Assembly: GCF_009914755.1 (NCBI RefSeq)
Contig: NC_060928.1
Length of the DNA: 64,000 nt
Source: the human T2T-CHM13v2.0 reference genome, Homo sapiens
Direction: 5' to 3' (one strand)
Below, in pieces: positions 34,715 to 50,369 of the stretch. How positions within the stretch are numbered: position 1 is the first letter of the stretch; each line of letters begins with the position of its first letter. The notes under the pieces are model-generated. The model saw only the letters and a program-made list of their open reading frames with translations, was not told the origin of the DNA and did no database searches. The position numbers and the translations under genes were made by a program.

Positions 34715-35110
34715 TTATATAGTTTGAATGTTCGTCCTCTCCAAAACTCATGTTGAAATGCAATCCCCAGTTTTGGAGGTGGGGACTAGCAGGAGGTGTT
34801 TGGGTCATGGGGCTGGATCCCTTATGAATGGCTTGGTGATCTCCCCAAGGTTATGAGTGCACATGATATCTTGTTAAAAAAGAGTTCAGCGTCTCCCCCT
34901 TTTCTCTCCCTCCCTCTCTCACCATGTGTTACACTGCTCCCCTTGCCTGCTGCCATGAGTAAAAGTTTCCTGAGGCCTCACCAGAGGCCAAGCAGATGCT
35001 GGTGTCATGCTTCTATAGTGTGCATAACCATGAGCCAAATAAACCTCTTTTCTTTATAAATTATCCAGCCTCAGGGACTTTTTTACAACCACACAAATTG
35101 GGCTAACACA
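34715..35110 (+). mobile_element. MST-type MaLR solo LTR in Tigger1
   Basis: tatagtttgaatgtt...aactcatgttgaaatg...ccatgagccaaataaacctc...ggctaacaca; TSD tatgt. Confidence 0.88.
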
Positions 35111-35241
35111 TATGTACTGGGAAACAAAAAAAAATCATGTGACTCATTTTATTGCAATATTTGCTCTACTGCAGTGGTCTGGAACAGAACTTGCAATATT
35201 TCCATGATATGCCTATAGTTGGGTAAGAAAACAGAGATTTA

Positions 35242-35520
<279 letters not shown>

Positions 35521-36409
35521 AAGTAAAGGACTCTTCAAACACACAGACACAAACTGGAAACTGCCCTGCACCAAGTAAACTTCATTTATTTAATTTCATT
35601 ATTATGCATTTGCTTAAAGGTAAATATTCCTTGAGAGAATTAAATCTATTGGTGTTTTGCCCCATATTGTGAATTATACATGACAGATAAGTATCTTTTA
35701 AAAAAAAGGAAATCTTTTTTTATAACCCTTTGGTGGTGGGGAGCTTACACGTTGGTAACTACATGACTGTTCATTTTGCTGGGCCCCCAAATTAATATGC
35801 AAGTGAACATGTAGGAATTGAGGAAGAGCTGAATTGCTTCCTGAACAAACTAAAATTTCAAAATCCAGAAAAAAACTCTGGAAGGAAGAAGACTAAAGTT
35901 ATAAAACTGGGCACTAAGGGAGGGAGAGCAAAGGGACAATGATGGTTTCGTGGCAAAGAAAACTTAGGAAAAGAACATTTAAGATATACTTTAGGTTTTT
36001 TGCCATAGATGTATGCAATGTAACCTCTCTTCTCCAACTCATCTATGATATAGCCTATATCAATAAATTCTATATTGCTCACTAATTTTTTTTCAGAAAC
36101 AAATTATTTAGGGAAAGCTCAAAGAAGGCAATGAGGAAACAGCTGATATCTGATTAAGTTATCATCATTGGGTTGAAAGCTACAGGAATTAGAGTCTCAA
36201 GTGGAGGGCAATCCCAAAATGGAAGAAGTAATTTGAGAGCCCATGGCCCTTTGAGAAAGAGGAAACACAGGCGGAGTATCACAAGTGGATACTGTGGTGT
36301 CCAGAAGGAATCCCTGGGACACTGACTCTCTCAGGTCTAAGTGAGGGGGCAAAAAGGAGGAAGAGATATCATCAGAAAATAAAGTATTTTGGGTATTGAC
36401 AGACCATCT

Positions 36410-36785
36410 TTTAAAGGTGGATCATGCCAAAAATCTAGAAATCATTTCTGATTTGTCTTTCTTTCACTCCCTGTTTCGCATTCTAATCTAACTATAATTT
36501 CTGTAACCTCTGCCTTCGAAGCATTTTCTGAGTCTCACTACTCACAGCTGCTGCAGCCACCACCCTGGCTGAGGCTATCATCAGTTCATCTCTCTGAGGA
36601 ACTCATCAGCACCTTCCTAACTTTCCTCTCTCACTCTTACCTCCCTCTGGTTTGGGATCATTTGCCTCCCTCAAAATAACACAAGAGCCTTGAAGGCAGG
36701 GGATCTGTCCTGCTCACCTCTGCTGCTCCAGTACCTAGACCAGTGCCTGGCACACAGCAGGTGCTCAGTAGCTGTTGAGTAAAAG
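36410..36785. mobile_element. L2 3' fragment
   Basis: gaaggcagggga...cagtgcctggcacacagcaggtgctcagtagctgttgagt. Confidence 0.7.
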
Positions 36786-38159
36786 AGTAAGTACTACATT
36801 CCAAGTTCAGTGCTGACTGCATTTTACACATCACACTAATTCTCAAAAAACCCTGAAACTCTAAGAAATGACTAAGGTTATAAAAACCACAAAAATAGAC
36901 CCATAGGGTTTCTTTTCCCAAGAAGCTGAGTTAAATGGACAGAATTTTCTCAAGTTTTGTCTTCTATAAATGTTGCCTAACCAATTGTGCCTACCACCAC
37001 TGGACACTGTGATGTCTTGTGAGTTATTTATACCACAAAATTATATGCCATTTTATTTTATATATCAACATTTCATGGTAATGTTGTAAAAACAAAACAT
37101 TACAAAACATTTGTAAAAAAAAACAAAAATATGTTTCTAGGCATTCCACCAGTGGAAAAAGTGAAAGAACAACTGAATAACATTATTCATTTTATTCTCA
37201 AAATACTCGTATGGAATTGGTTTTATTTCCTCCATTTTACAGATAAGAAAATTGACTGTTGAAGATGGTAAATCATTGGTGGTGTTAAAACAAGAGACTT
37301 ACTTCCATCCAGCAGGAAATTATAATACAGAGATACACAATGTCTTCTATGTGCACTCCTCCCCTTCCCCAAATTAGGCAACAGTGTAAGTTTAGGTAGC
37401 TTTGATTCAGCACATCGTGTGGTCAGGGAAATTTAGTTAAATGTTTCCTTTTATAAAAGCAAATTTTATTGAGTATCAGTTTCATCTAACATTTAAACAT
37501 AAGTGTTTAGGTTTTTCCACCATAATGCAATATACACATTCCTAAAAAGCATCACATTCTGCAAAATTTTGTACTAAAACTGTCAAGGTTAATGGTGAAG
37601 ATAGGGTTAGGAGCAGACCATTCAAAACTTACGCAGCTTTCTAAGCACAGCATTAATTACTTAAATATAGCTCATATTAAAAACATGATAAATACCTAAT
37701 AATTAAAGAAATTATACTTTAGATGTAGTTTTCCTACTTCTCAATCATGTAAAAGAAATATTATAGGAAACACAAGACTTTGCCTTTTTTAAAATGTGGA
37801 GTCTGCTTGACTCCAAGAGAGGATGGAGGCTGCTTGCCAAGACCATATGTAACAAAAGTCAGGAAGAAGCATGGAAACAATCACCTCCACTCAGATCATG
37901 TGGTAAGACTGACCCAAGGGGAAGAGTGGGCAGGCAATTACTCTGCATCATTCACAGCCCTGCATTCCCCCACAATTTGCTGCATCTAGGGCTTCAATAT
38001 ACTTTGTGTTTAGCTACTGGTATTTAATGATGCAAACCATGAACGTGCAGAGAAAAACCTCATATGAACCTACAGTTACTGTGTTACCCTGACAGTATCC
38101 CCTCCTCATTTAACAGTCATGAATGAGCCAATTCACATTATAGAAACACATGTTGTAAC

Positions 38160-38295
38160 AGAACAAGTGTGTTTCTTCATTTTGCAAATAAAGCAAAGTA
38201 TGGAAAGGCTGAAAAACTTGCCTAAGATTAACAACCAATAAGTGCTGCAACCAAGATTTGAACCCAAATTCTTAATTGCTTCACTAAACTGCATC
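38160..38295 (-). mobile_element. MIR fragment
   Basis: cattttgcaaataaagcaa...aacttgcctaagatt...gatttgaacccaa. Confidence 0.55.
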
Positions 38296-39072
38296 TTTCA
38301 GTTTTCACAGATGGTTTCAAGAATGAAATCTTCCCTTGCATCAAGGCACACATTATAGGTGCTGAGCAAGTGGTAACTGATTGAATGATTCAAATTTTTA
38401 TATACTGATCTATCTTCGATTCCACCCTCAGCTCCATCACTACGGTGATGCATTAGAGGAACTCCTAAATACCTATTTGTAACAATTGGCTAGAATAGGT
38501 GAAAAGTGAAACCTTGCCTGGATCTCTTTCACACATTCTGAATGCAGAGGGAACATTCATTATAGTCAATAGGTGCTCCTGGCTCAGAAAAATAATCTAG
38601 TAATATTGTAGATCCAATAGCAAAATTCCATTATTATAGCAGATCTAATGTAGGGCTTAATAATTCTCCTACAAATGGGTACTCCACAGTCATTCCACAT
38701 ACTTACATGTGAAAGTATCTTCTGATCTAAGTGTAGTAGGTTTTATACTATCTGATTCACTGGATTGGCATTCTTTCAGATCAAGTACCCACTTTCCTGC
38801 CAGCAGCAGGAGTTGCTGTTCATCCTTTGCCCCACAAAAATGAGGCCTGGAAAGTGGGAATTCACCTTTCTCCCAGCTGCTTTTCACACCCCCGAAGCAT
38901 TGTGTCAATCTGAAAGCAAGATGTGCTCCAATATCCCATGCCCTTCTCCCTCCATCTCTGTTGATTTCTCTTTTATGTGTAGGCATAGCATATATTGTAA
39001 AATAAAAAGAATGAGAAGGAGAATATACAGGGTCATTCATTATAGCCCATGTGTTAGCACATATATATACAT

Positions 39073-39656
<584 letters not shown>

Positions 39657-40429
39657 TAATCAGTTTATTTGCCTGATTAGTTTCTTACTTTGATGTTACA
39701 TCAAAAAATTATATTTCAGGTTTAAAATGTGTAAAAATACAAAAATTTATACCGATATGTTCATATTAACTCTCTAGGATTTCAGTAGTCTAGGAGATTT
39801 TTGTTTCCATGTTTTAAAAAATTTAATTTTCCTATTACAAATATAAATATATGCAAGCTAATACCTGCCTCCTATAAACATCTGAACCATTTCGAACTCT
39901 GAAACTCTATTGACATTTACAAAACCAAACAGGTAAAAATGTCCTTGTTAAATTTATGGCTAGATTTGCAGTTTTGAACTGGACATTTATAAGTGTTTTT
40001 TAATGAAAATTAAAGAATTTCATAACACCTACACACACACCCCACTCTCTGTGCCCAGCAACAAGGTTGCTGTTAAGTGGTCTTCAACTTTTTGGCACTT
40101 CCCAGCCTCATATCCATTATTCCAATAGAGGCAGAAAAATGGGTCATAAAAGGCCATACTACTGAAGCTTCTTCCAATTTGTAAACATCCTGAGCCATTT
40201 CCCAAGGGATTGAAATTTCAAGCACACAGGTCAGAGGAGTTCAAAACTGGCTACGTGATACTCTGCATAGTAATTGCAAAATTTCTAAGTTATATCACTT
40301 GCCAAGAAACTTCTGAGTCTCTTCAGGGCTGACTTTGAGATTTCATAAGCAGAATCATAAGTATGACTAAACATATTTTTAACCGTTTGAGTCCAATTCA
40401 GTAGCCATTTTGTATTCATCCTCCAGGGA

Positions 40430-40632
40430 GGTGGAATAGCTTAGTATCTAAGAATATGGGCTTTGGGGACACACTGTCAGTTTATCCACTTGCCAGTATG
40501 GTGGGGTTGAGCACACTACTTAACCTCCCCAAGTTTTATATCAATAAAATGAGGAATCAGAGTTGACAATTTGTGTGTAAAACTTTTAGCACAGTGTCTG
40601 GCAATAGTAAGCATTCAATAAATTTTATTTAT
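40430..40632 (+). mobile_element. MIR SINE
   Basis: cttaacctcccc...taaaatgagg...tagcacagtgtctggcaatagtaagcattcaataaa. Confidence 0.7.
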
Positions 40633-42144
40633 TAGGAGAGCGTAAAGCAAGTCACGCATCTTTGCCAATATACACAGTGTGTTCAGAACGCAGATTATCA
40701 GAACATTGGAAGGTAACTCTTAGGATCATTCCGCAACTCATCTGTTGCCGTGAGTTAGACACAGCCTGAGGAAACTTAGGTTAATCCATGTTGAGTGAAA
40801 CCACAATTCCTCAGATTAATTGAAAATTGCATGAAGGGCAAGCAATGAAAGTTTTACATGCCATAATTTTATTTTCTATAACTTTCCTTATAACTAGAAT
40901 TTTTCCACAGAATAGTCAAAAGGGCTTGCAATGAGTGAGACATGTCTTTATAACTAAAATACCTGTAATTATATTAAATAGCTCTAAGTATATAAATAAT
41001 AGAAACTCTAAATGTATACAGATATTTCAAATATCACTACAAAAATTAAAATTGATGTACTGGAAACTTTGAACTAGCCATCATCAAACTCATAAGACAT
41101 CCGTCATGCCAGGACATGATGGATTATATAGTATTTTAATACTATATAAAATACCATGTTCAATAGATGTATGAACTTTATTAAAAACTTAGTAAATGTC
41201 AAACTGTGTGCGAGGAATTGAAAAGTGTAACATTAAATCCTAACCATCAAAGAGTTCATAATCTAAAAAAGGAAACAAACATATTTAAATGTACCTGTTA
41301 AGTACTATAATAGATACATATTTGAACAGCCAGGGGAAGCCAAAAGATAAATAAGAGGAAACCAGAGTGGAATACAGAGACGGTGGTGGCTAGAAAGGTA
41401 AAGAGAAGTGGTACCATTCGCACTATACTTTAAAGAATGAATAATAATTTTCCATGCTGGATTTTCCAGATAGATGGCATGCTTGTTACATTGTCTCTTA
41501 AACTAGACCAAAATGCTCATGTGTAATTTTTCACCATGGCCCAGAAATGCTAGTTCAAAGGTAAACAAAGCCTCTTCACCTCATCTCTCCTCTCACAATA
41601 ATCACCCATTTATCCCCCAACTTGCCTATCTGTGGACTTCAGTTTTACACCTTGACTTTCCTATCTATCTCTTTCCCCATTTGATATTAGTCACCTGCTA
41701 GATGGTTAATATTTTCTTAGAATCTGGTATACCTACAAAATTTTGCACTTCATTTGTTCCAATCATGAAGAAATGGTCACAATCAATATTTTACAGTTTT
41801 TTCATTTATTTTCTAAGTAAAAATACACATAAATATTGATTTAGGTATTTGCATACATACAGAAGAAAGAGGAAAAGAATTTCCTACTTAGAAACAACTA
41901 CTGTCCAACTTTGGGGAACCATGGTAACATTAAGACCTTTTTGTTCCACTGAGCACTTTTGTAGAATAGGTTATATGAAGATGGGCCTAGAGGAACTCCA
42001 GATTTAATCATGGTGAAATAAATTGTGCATTTTGTCTTCTGTAAGAAATATAAGAAATAGAAATATGCATCTATCTTGGATCAAACTAGAGAATTCTGCA
42101 TTTCCAAATCATGAAACAAAAAGGTTACAAAAAGATGTGAAGTC

Positions 42145-42976
<832 letters not shown>

Positions 42977-42989
42977 AGACTTTTGTTTC

Positions 42990-43279
<290 letters not shown>

Positions 43280-44639
43280 CTACAAGAGGATAAACTTCAG
43301 CCAAACAATTAATGAATGAGTAGATTACTCCAAAAAGATTGGCATTGAGTATTGATGTCACTTTATAAGACCAAGTCTCAAAATAATAGGGAGATTATGG
43401 TTAAAGGACAAATATAAGACAAAAATCCTGATAATCTAGAAATAATGTAACAAATGAAAATCATAATTGAAGTGATGAGAAAAGGTAGGAAATAGCATAC
43501 ATATGTTGATTTCTTCACTTTCCACACCTGAGCATGCATCAAAATATATGTTAAAAACTATCGAATCAAGTAATAAAGATAAAAGTATATTTAAAGTTAT
43601 AAGAGATACTAAGGAAAATCATAAAATCTATTAAAACTGGCAGTGAAGTATAAAAGGAGGAATTACATTATAGCTCATAGCCATGGATATTGGCTAAAGA
43701 AATAGTGGATTAAATATTTTAACTAGTTCTGTGACACTGTAGACTGAATAGAGTTGACAATAATTTATTATACATGTTCAAAAAGCTAGAAGAGAGGATT
43801 TTGAATGTTCCCAACACAAAGAAATGATAATTATCCTAATTTGCTCCTTACACATTGTATACATGTATTGAAATATCACTCCGTATCCCCAGAAAAGTAA
43901 TTAAAATAAACAAAAGCTTTGGAAAAAGTTATATTTTAAATAAAGGTTGGGTAGAAAGGTAAACACCAGGAAAAAAATATGAAACTGCCAAATTATCAGA
44001 AGAAATATACAAATTAAAATAAACACAGATCAGTTATAAAGATTAAAAAGGAAAATCAAAAGAATCCATAAAAACAGAAACATAAAGTATTATGGTAGAA
44101 GTAAGTGCAATCATAATTAAAATCTAATTAATGCAAATAGGCTGAACTAATCTATTAAAATGCAAAACATACAAAAGACTCATAAAAAACAAAGTCACTT
44201 CCCATCCCACCACCACACAAATTGCAGGTGGATCCAAAATAGATTAAATTCCAGGTGGATCCAAAATAGATCAAAGATTTAAACATAAAATGAAGTTACA
44301 GATAAACTACCAAAAATATGGGAGAATTTTTAATAGTACAGTATTAACGTGGGGAGAATCTCTGTAAAACCATAAAAGTTTTAATAGATTTACTTATAGA
44401 AAACAAGAACTAAAAAACATTACTAGTCCACATTTTCAAAATCTAGTCAAAGGATAAATGAAAACCTAGGGAAAAATATCTTCAAAATATGAAATGATAA
44501 TTTCTACAATTGGAGAGTTCTCCTATACCATAATCTAAGTGTGATGAATTGAATTATTTTTAAAAATATTCCATGCTTCTCCTGTGGGATATACATCCCT
44601 GCCCTGTTGAATGTAGATACAGCCACCTTTGCTTTGACC

Positions 44640-45000
44640 AGTGGAATATCAACAGAATTGACATATGTTGCTTCCAAGCAATATGTAATCTTTTTTGTTT
44701 GGCTTCTTTTACTGGGCAAAAGAATTTTGAAGTTCCTTCATGTTGTTTCACGTATCTGTAGTTTCTTCCTTCTTGTTCCTAATTAGTGTTTCATTGGATT
44801 ACTATTCCACAATTTATTTATCTGTTTTCCTGTTGATGAATAGTTACATTGTTTCTAGTTTAGGCTATTATGAATAATCTTGTTATGAACATTCTTATGC
44901 AAGTCTTTTTATGGACATGTGTTTTCAATTCTCTTGGCTAAATACCTAAGAATAGAATTACTGGGTCATAAGATAAATTTATGTTTAATTTTTTAAAGAA
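44640..45000 (-). mobile_element. Old L1M fragment (resumes after ~46233)
   Basis: ggctattatgaataatcttgttatgaacattctt...aaatacctaagaatagaattactgggtcata; continues ccagttttccaaagtg. Confidence 0.65.
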
Positions 45001-45004
45001 CAAC

Positions 45005-46232
45005 TTAAAAACCTAAAACCATAAAAACCCTAGAAGAAAACCTAGGCAATACCATTCAGGACATAGGCATGGGCAAAGACTTTATGACTAAAACACCAAA
45101 AGAAATTGCAACAAAAGCCAAAATTGACGAATGGGATCTAATTAAAGAGCTTCTGCACAGCAAAAGAAACTATCATCAGAGTGAACAGGCAACCTACAGA
45201 ATAGTAGAAAATTTTTGCAATCTATCCATCTGACAAAGGTCTAATATTCAAAATCTACAGGAAACTTAAACAAATTTACAAGAAAAAAACAATCCCATCA
45301 AAAAGTGGGCAAAGGATATGAAGAGGCATTTCTCAAAAGAAGACATTTATGTTACAAACAAACGTATGAAAAAAAAGCACATCATCACTGTTCATTAGAG
45401 AAATGCAAATCAAAACAACAATGAGATGCCATTGCATACCAGTTAAAATGACAATTATTAAAAAGTCAGGAAACAACAGATGCTGTTGAGGCTGTAGAGG
45501 AATAGGAATGCTTTTACGCTGTTGGTGGGAGTGTAAATTGGTTCAACCATTGTAGAAGACAGTGTGGTGATTCCTCAAGGATCTAGAACCAGAAATACCA
45601 TTTGACTCAGTAATCCCGTTACTGGGTATATACCCAAAGGATTATAAATTGTTCTACTATAAAGACACATGCACACATATTTACAATATGTGTAAATATG
45701 TGTGCATGCAGCACAAATTTACAATACAAACACATGCAGCACTATTTACAATAGCAAAGACTTGGAACCAATCCAAATGCCCATCAGTGATAGACTGGAT
45801 AAAGAAAATGTGGCACATATTTTCTTGTTCCTAATTAGTGTTTCATTGGATTACATGGACTACTATGCAGCCATAAAAAAGAATGAGTTCATGTCCTTTG
45901 CAGGGACATGGATGAAGCTGGAAGCCATCATTCTCAGCAAACTAACGTAGGAACAGAGAACCAAATACCACATGTTATCACTCATAAGTGGGAGTTGAAC
46001 AATGAGAACACATGGATACAGGGAGGGGAACAACACACACCAGGGCCTGTCGGGGGGTGGGGAGCAAGGGAAGGGAGAATATTAGGACAAATACCTAATG
46101 CATGCAGGGCTTAAAACCTAGATGATGGGTTGATAGGTGCAGCAAACCACCATGGCACATGTATACCTATGTAACAAACCTGCATGTTCTGCACATGTAT
46201 CCCAGAACTTAAAGTAAAATTTTAAAAAAAAA
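45005..46232 (+). mobile_element. 5'-truncated L1PA7/8-like element
   Basis: ORF2 C-terminus plus 3'UTR aatgcatgcagggcttaaaacctagatgatggg; poly-A. Confidence 0.9.
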
Positions 46233-46870
46233 CCAGTTTTCCAAAGTGAGAATTACCTGTTGCGCAATTTCATCACTAATATTAGTTGTTATCGATCTTT
46301 TTAATTTCAGCTGTTCCAGTGGGAGTAAAATGGTAATTTGCTATGGACTTAATCTGCATTTTCCTGATAATTAATGATTCTGAGTACCTTTTCACTTGCT
46401 TATTGGCTGTTTGAATATCCTCTTTACAGATGTCTATTCAAGCATTTTGCCTATTTTCTTCAAGCTGCTTAGCTTTTTATTATTGTGCTGTAGTTCTTTA
46501 CATATGACTTTCAATGAGATCAATTTCTTATTTTACAAAACTTTATAAATTTTGAGAGTATGTAGTAGGTGTATATATTTATGAGGTACATAAGATACTT
46601 TTGGTACAGGCATACAATGTGTAATAATCACATGATGGAAGATTGGGTATTCATCCCCTGAAGCACTTATCCTTTGTGTTACAAACAATCCAATTATACT
46701 TTTTTAGTTAAAATGTTTAATTAAATTATTATTCACCATAGCCCCTATGTTGTTCTATCAAACACTAGGTCTTATTCATTCTTTCTAACTATACTTTTTG
46801 CACCCATTTATCATCCCCACCTCCCCCTGCCCTGCCCACAACCCTTCTCAGTCTCTGGTAACCATGTTTC

Positions 46871-47070
46871 TTTTTTTTTTTTTTTTATACTTTAAGTTTT
46901 AGGGTACACGTGCATAACGTGCAGGTTAGTTACATATGTATACACGTGCCATGTTGGTGTGCTGCACCCTTTAACTCATCATTTAACATTAGGTATATCT
47001 CCTAATGCTATCCCTCCCCACTCCCCCCACCCCACAACAGGCCCCGGTTTGTGATGTTCCCCTTCCTGTG
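46871..47070 (-). mobile_element. ~200 bp L1PA 3' end insertion
   Basis: Poly-T plus tatactttaagttttagggtac; TSD tctggtaaccat(g/c)tttc. Confidence 0.92.
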
Positions 47071-49769
47071 TCTGGTAACCATCTTTCTATTCTCTATCTC
47101 TATGAGTTCAATTGTTTTTATTTTTAGACTCCACAAATAAGTGAGAACATGCAGTGTTTGTCTTTCTGTGTCTGGCTTATTTCACTTAATAGAATTACCT
47201 TCAGTTCCATCCATATTGTTGCAAATGCACACTAGTAATCTACTGTCTATATGTACCACGTTTTCTTTGTCCATTCGTCTATTGATGGACACTTAGGTTG
47301 CTTCCAAATCTTAGTTATTGTGAACAGTGCTGCAAGAAACATGGGACTGCAGGTATCTCTCTGATATAATGATTTCCTTTTTGAGGGGCATATACACAGA
47401 ACTGGGATTGCTGGATCATATGGTAGCTCTGTTTTTAGTTTTGGAGGGCTCTCCAAACTGTTCTCTACAGTGGTTGTACTAATTTATATTCACATCAACA
47501 GTTTATGAAGGTTCCCTTTTCTCCATATCCTCACCAACATTGTTACTGCCTGACTTTTGGATAAAAGCCATTTTAATTGTGATAAGATGAAATCTCATTG
47601 TAGTTTTGATCTCCATTTCTTTGGTAATCAGTGATGTTGAGCATCTTATCATATGTCTATTTGTCGTTTGTGTGTCTTCTTTGAGAAACATCTACTCAAA
47701 TTTTTTGCTCATTTTTTAATCAGAATATTAGATTTTTTCATCTACAGTTATTTGAGTTCCTTATATTCTGGTTATTAATGCCTTGTCAGATGAGTAGTTT
47801 GCAAATGTTTTCTCCCATTTTACGAGTTGTCTCTTCACTTTATTGACTGTTTGCTGTGCAGAAGATTTTTAACTTGATGTCATCTCATTTGTCCATTTTT
47901 GCTTTGGTTGCCTGTGATTGTGGGGTATTACTCAAGAAATTTTGCCCAGAGCAATGTTCTGAAGATTTTTCCCCAATGTTTCCTTGTAGTAGTTTCATAG
48001 GCTGAGGTGTTCAATTTATGTCTTTAATTCATTTTGATTTTACTTTTATAAATGGCAAAAGATGAGCGTCCAGTTTCATTCTTCTGCATATGGATATCCA
48101 GTTTTCCCAGCACCATTTATTGAAGAGACTGTCTTTTTCTCAATGTGTGTTCTTGGCGTCTTTGTTGAAAACAAGTTCACTGTAAATGCGTGGATTTGTT
48201 TCTGAGTTCTCTATTCTGTTCCATTGGTCTATGTGTCTGTTTTTATGCCAATACCTTGCCGTTTTTGTTACTATACCTCTGTAGTATAATTTGAAGTTAG
48301 GACCTGTGATTCCTCCAGTTTTGCTCTTTTTGATTAGAATAGCTTTCCCTATTCTGGATCTTTAGTGATTCTACATAAATTTTAAGATTGTATTTTTCTA
48401 TTCTATGAAGAATATCGTTGGTATTTTGAGAGGGATTGCATTGAATCTGCAGATTGTTTTCGGTAGTATGGACAGTTTAACAATATTGATTCTTTGAATC
48501 CATGAACATGGAATAATTTTCCATTTTTTGTTTGTCCTCTTCAATTTCTTTCATCAGTGTTTCATACTTTTTATCGTAGAGAACTTTCACTTCTTTGGTT
48601 AAGTTAATTCCTAGACATTTAATTTTATTTGTGGCCATGGTAAATGGGATTACATTTTTAATTTCTTTTTCAGATTGTTTGCTTTTGGTATATAGAAATA
48701 CTACCAATTTTTTCATGTTGATTTTGTATCCTGCAATTTTACTGAATTTGTTTATCAGTTTTTTGGTGGCCTTTAGGTTTTTCCAGTAAAGCCATTGAGT
48801 CCCAGGCTTTTCTTTACTGGAAGACTTTTTATTACAGCTTCAATCTTGTTACTTGTTATTGGTCTATTCAGGTTTTGGATTTCTTCATGGTTCAATCTTG
48901 GTAAGTTGTATGTGTCCAGGAATTTGTCTATTTCTTCTAGATTTTCCGATTTATTGGCATATAGTTGTTCATAGTGGCCATTAATGATCCTTTGAATTTC
49001 TGTGGTATCAGTTGTAATGTCTCCAGTTTCATCTCTCATTTTATTTATTTGGCTCTTCTGTCTTTTTTTCTTAGTTTGTCTGGCTAAAGGTTTGTCAATT
49101 TTGTTTAGCTTTTTAAAAGAACAACTTTTTGTTTTATTGGTCTTTTGTATTGTCTTTTTCATTTCAATTTGCTCTTGCTTTTCTATTTCTTTAAGATGCA
49201 TCATTAGCTTATTTATTTGAAGTTTTTTTGATGTAGGCACTTATAGCTATAAATTTACCTCTTAGTACTGCTTTCATTGAATCCCATAGGTTTTAGTATG
49301 TTGTGTTTCTATTACCACTTGTTTCAAGAAATTTTTAAAATTTCTTTTTTAATTTCTTCATTGGCCTACTGGTTATTCGAGATCCTGTTATTTAATTTCT
49401 ATGTGTTTGTATAGTTTCCAAAATTCCTATTGATTTTTAGTTTAATTCCATTGAGATTGGAGAAGATGCTTGATATCATTTCAGTGTTTGTGAATGTTTT
49501 AAGACTTGTTTTGTGACAACATATGGTCGTCTAACCTTGAGAATGATCTCTGTGCCAAGGAGAAAAATGTGTATTCTGCAGCCATTGGATTAAATGTTTT
49601 GTAAATATCTATTAGACCCATTGGTTCTATAGTGCAGATTAAATCCAATGTTTCTTTGTTGACTTTCTGTCATGGAGATCTGTCCAGTGCTGCAGGTAGG
49701 ATGTTGAAATCTCCAACTATTATTGTATTGGAGTCTCTCTCTCTCTTTAGCTCTAATAATATTGGCTTT

Positions 49770-50369
49770 ACAGTATGGCAATTCCTCAAAGAGATAAAAG
49801 CAGAACTACCATTCAAACAATCCCTTTACTGGGTGTATACCCAGAGGAATATAAATCATTCTACCATAAAGACACACGCATGCAATGGTTCATTGCAGCA
49901 CTATTTATAATAGCAAAGACACAGAATCAACCTAAATGCCCAGCAGTGACAGATTAGATAAAGAAAACGTGATATATATATATATATATATGTATGTATA
50001 CACACCATGGAATACTATGCAGCCATAAAAAAGAATAACATCATGTCTTTTATGGGAACACGTATGGAACTGGAGACTATTATCCTTAGCAAACTAATTC
50101 AGGAACAGAAAATCATACACTGCATGTTCTCACTTATAAGTGGGAGTTAAATGATGTGAAATCATGAACACAAAGAAGGGAACAACAGACACTGGACTCT
50201 ACTTGAAGGGGGAAGGTGGGAGGAGGGAGAGGAGCAGAAAAGATAACTATTGGGTACTGCACTTAATACCTGGGTGATGAAATAATCTGCACAACAAACC
50301 TTTGTCACACGAGTTTATCTGTGTAACAAACTTTCACATGTACCCCCAAATCTAAAGTAAAGTTAAAGA
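49770..50369 (+). mobile_element. Older L1PA (PA13-16-like) 3' fragment inserted antisense into the L1MA
   Basis: gtatggcaattcctcaaaga...gggtgatgaaataatctgcacaacaaacc; imperfect TSD taata(a/c)tatt(g/t)gcttt. Confidence 0.85.
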
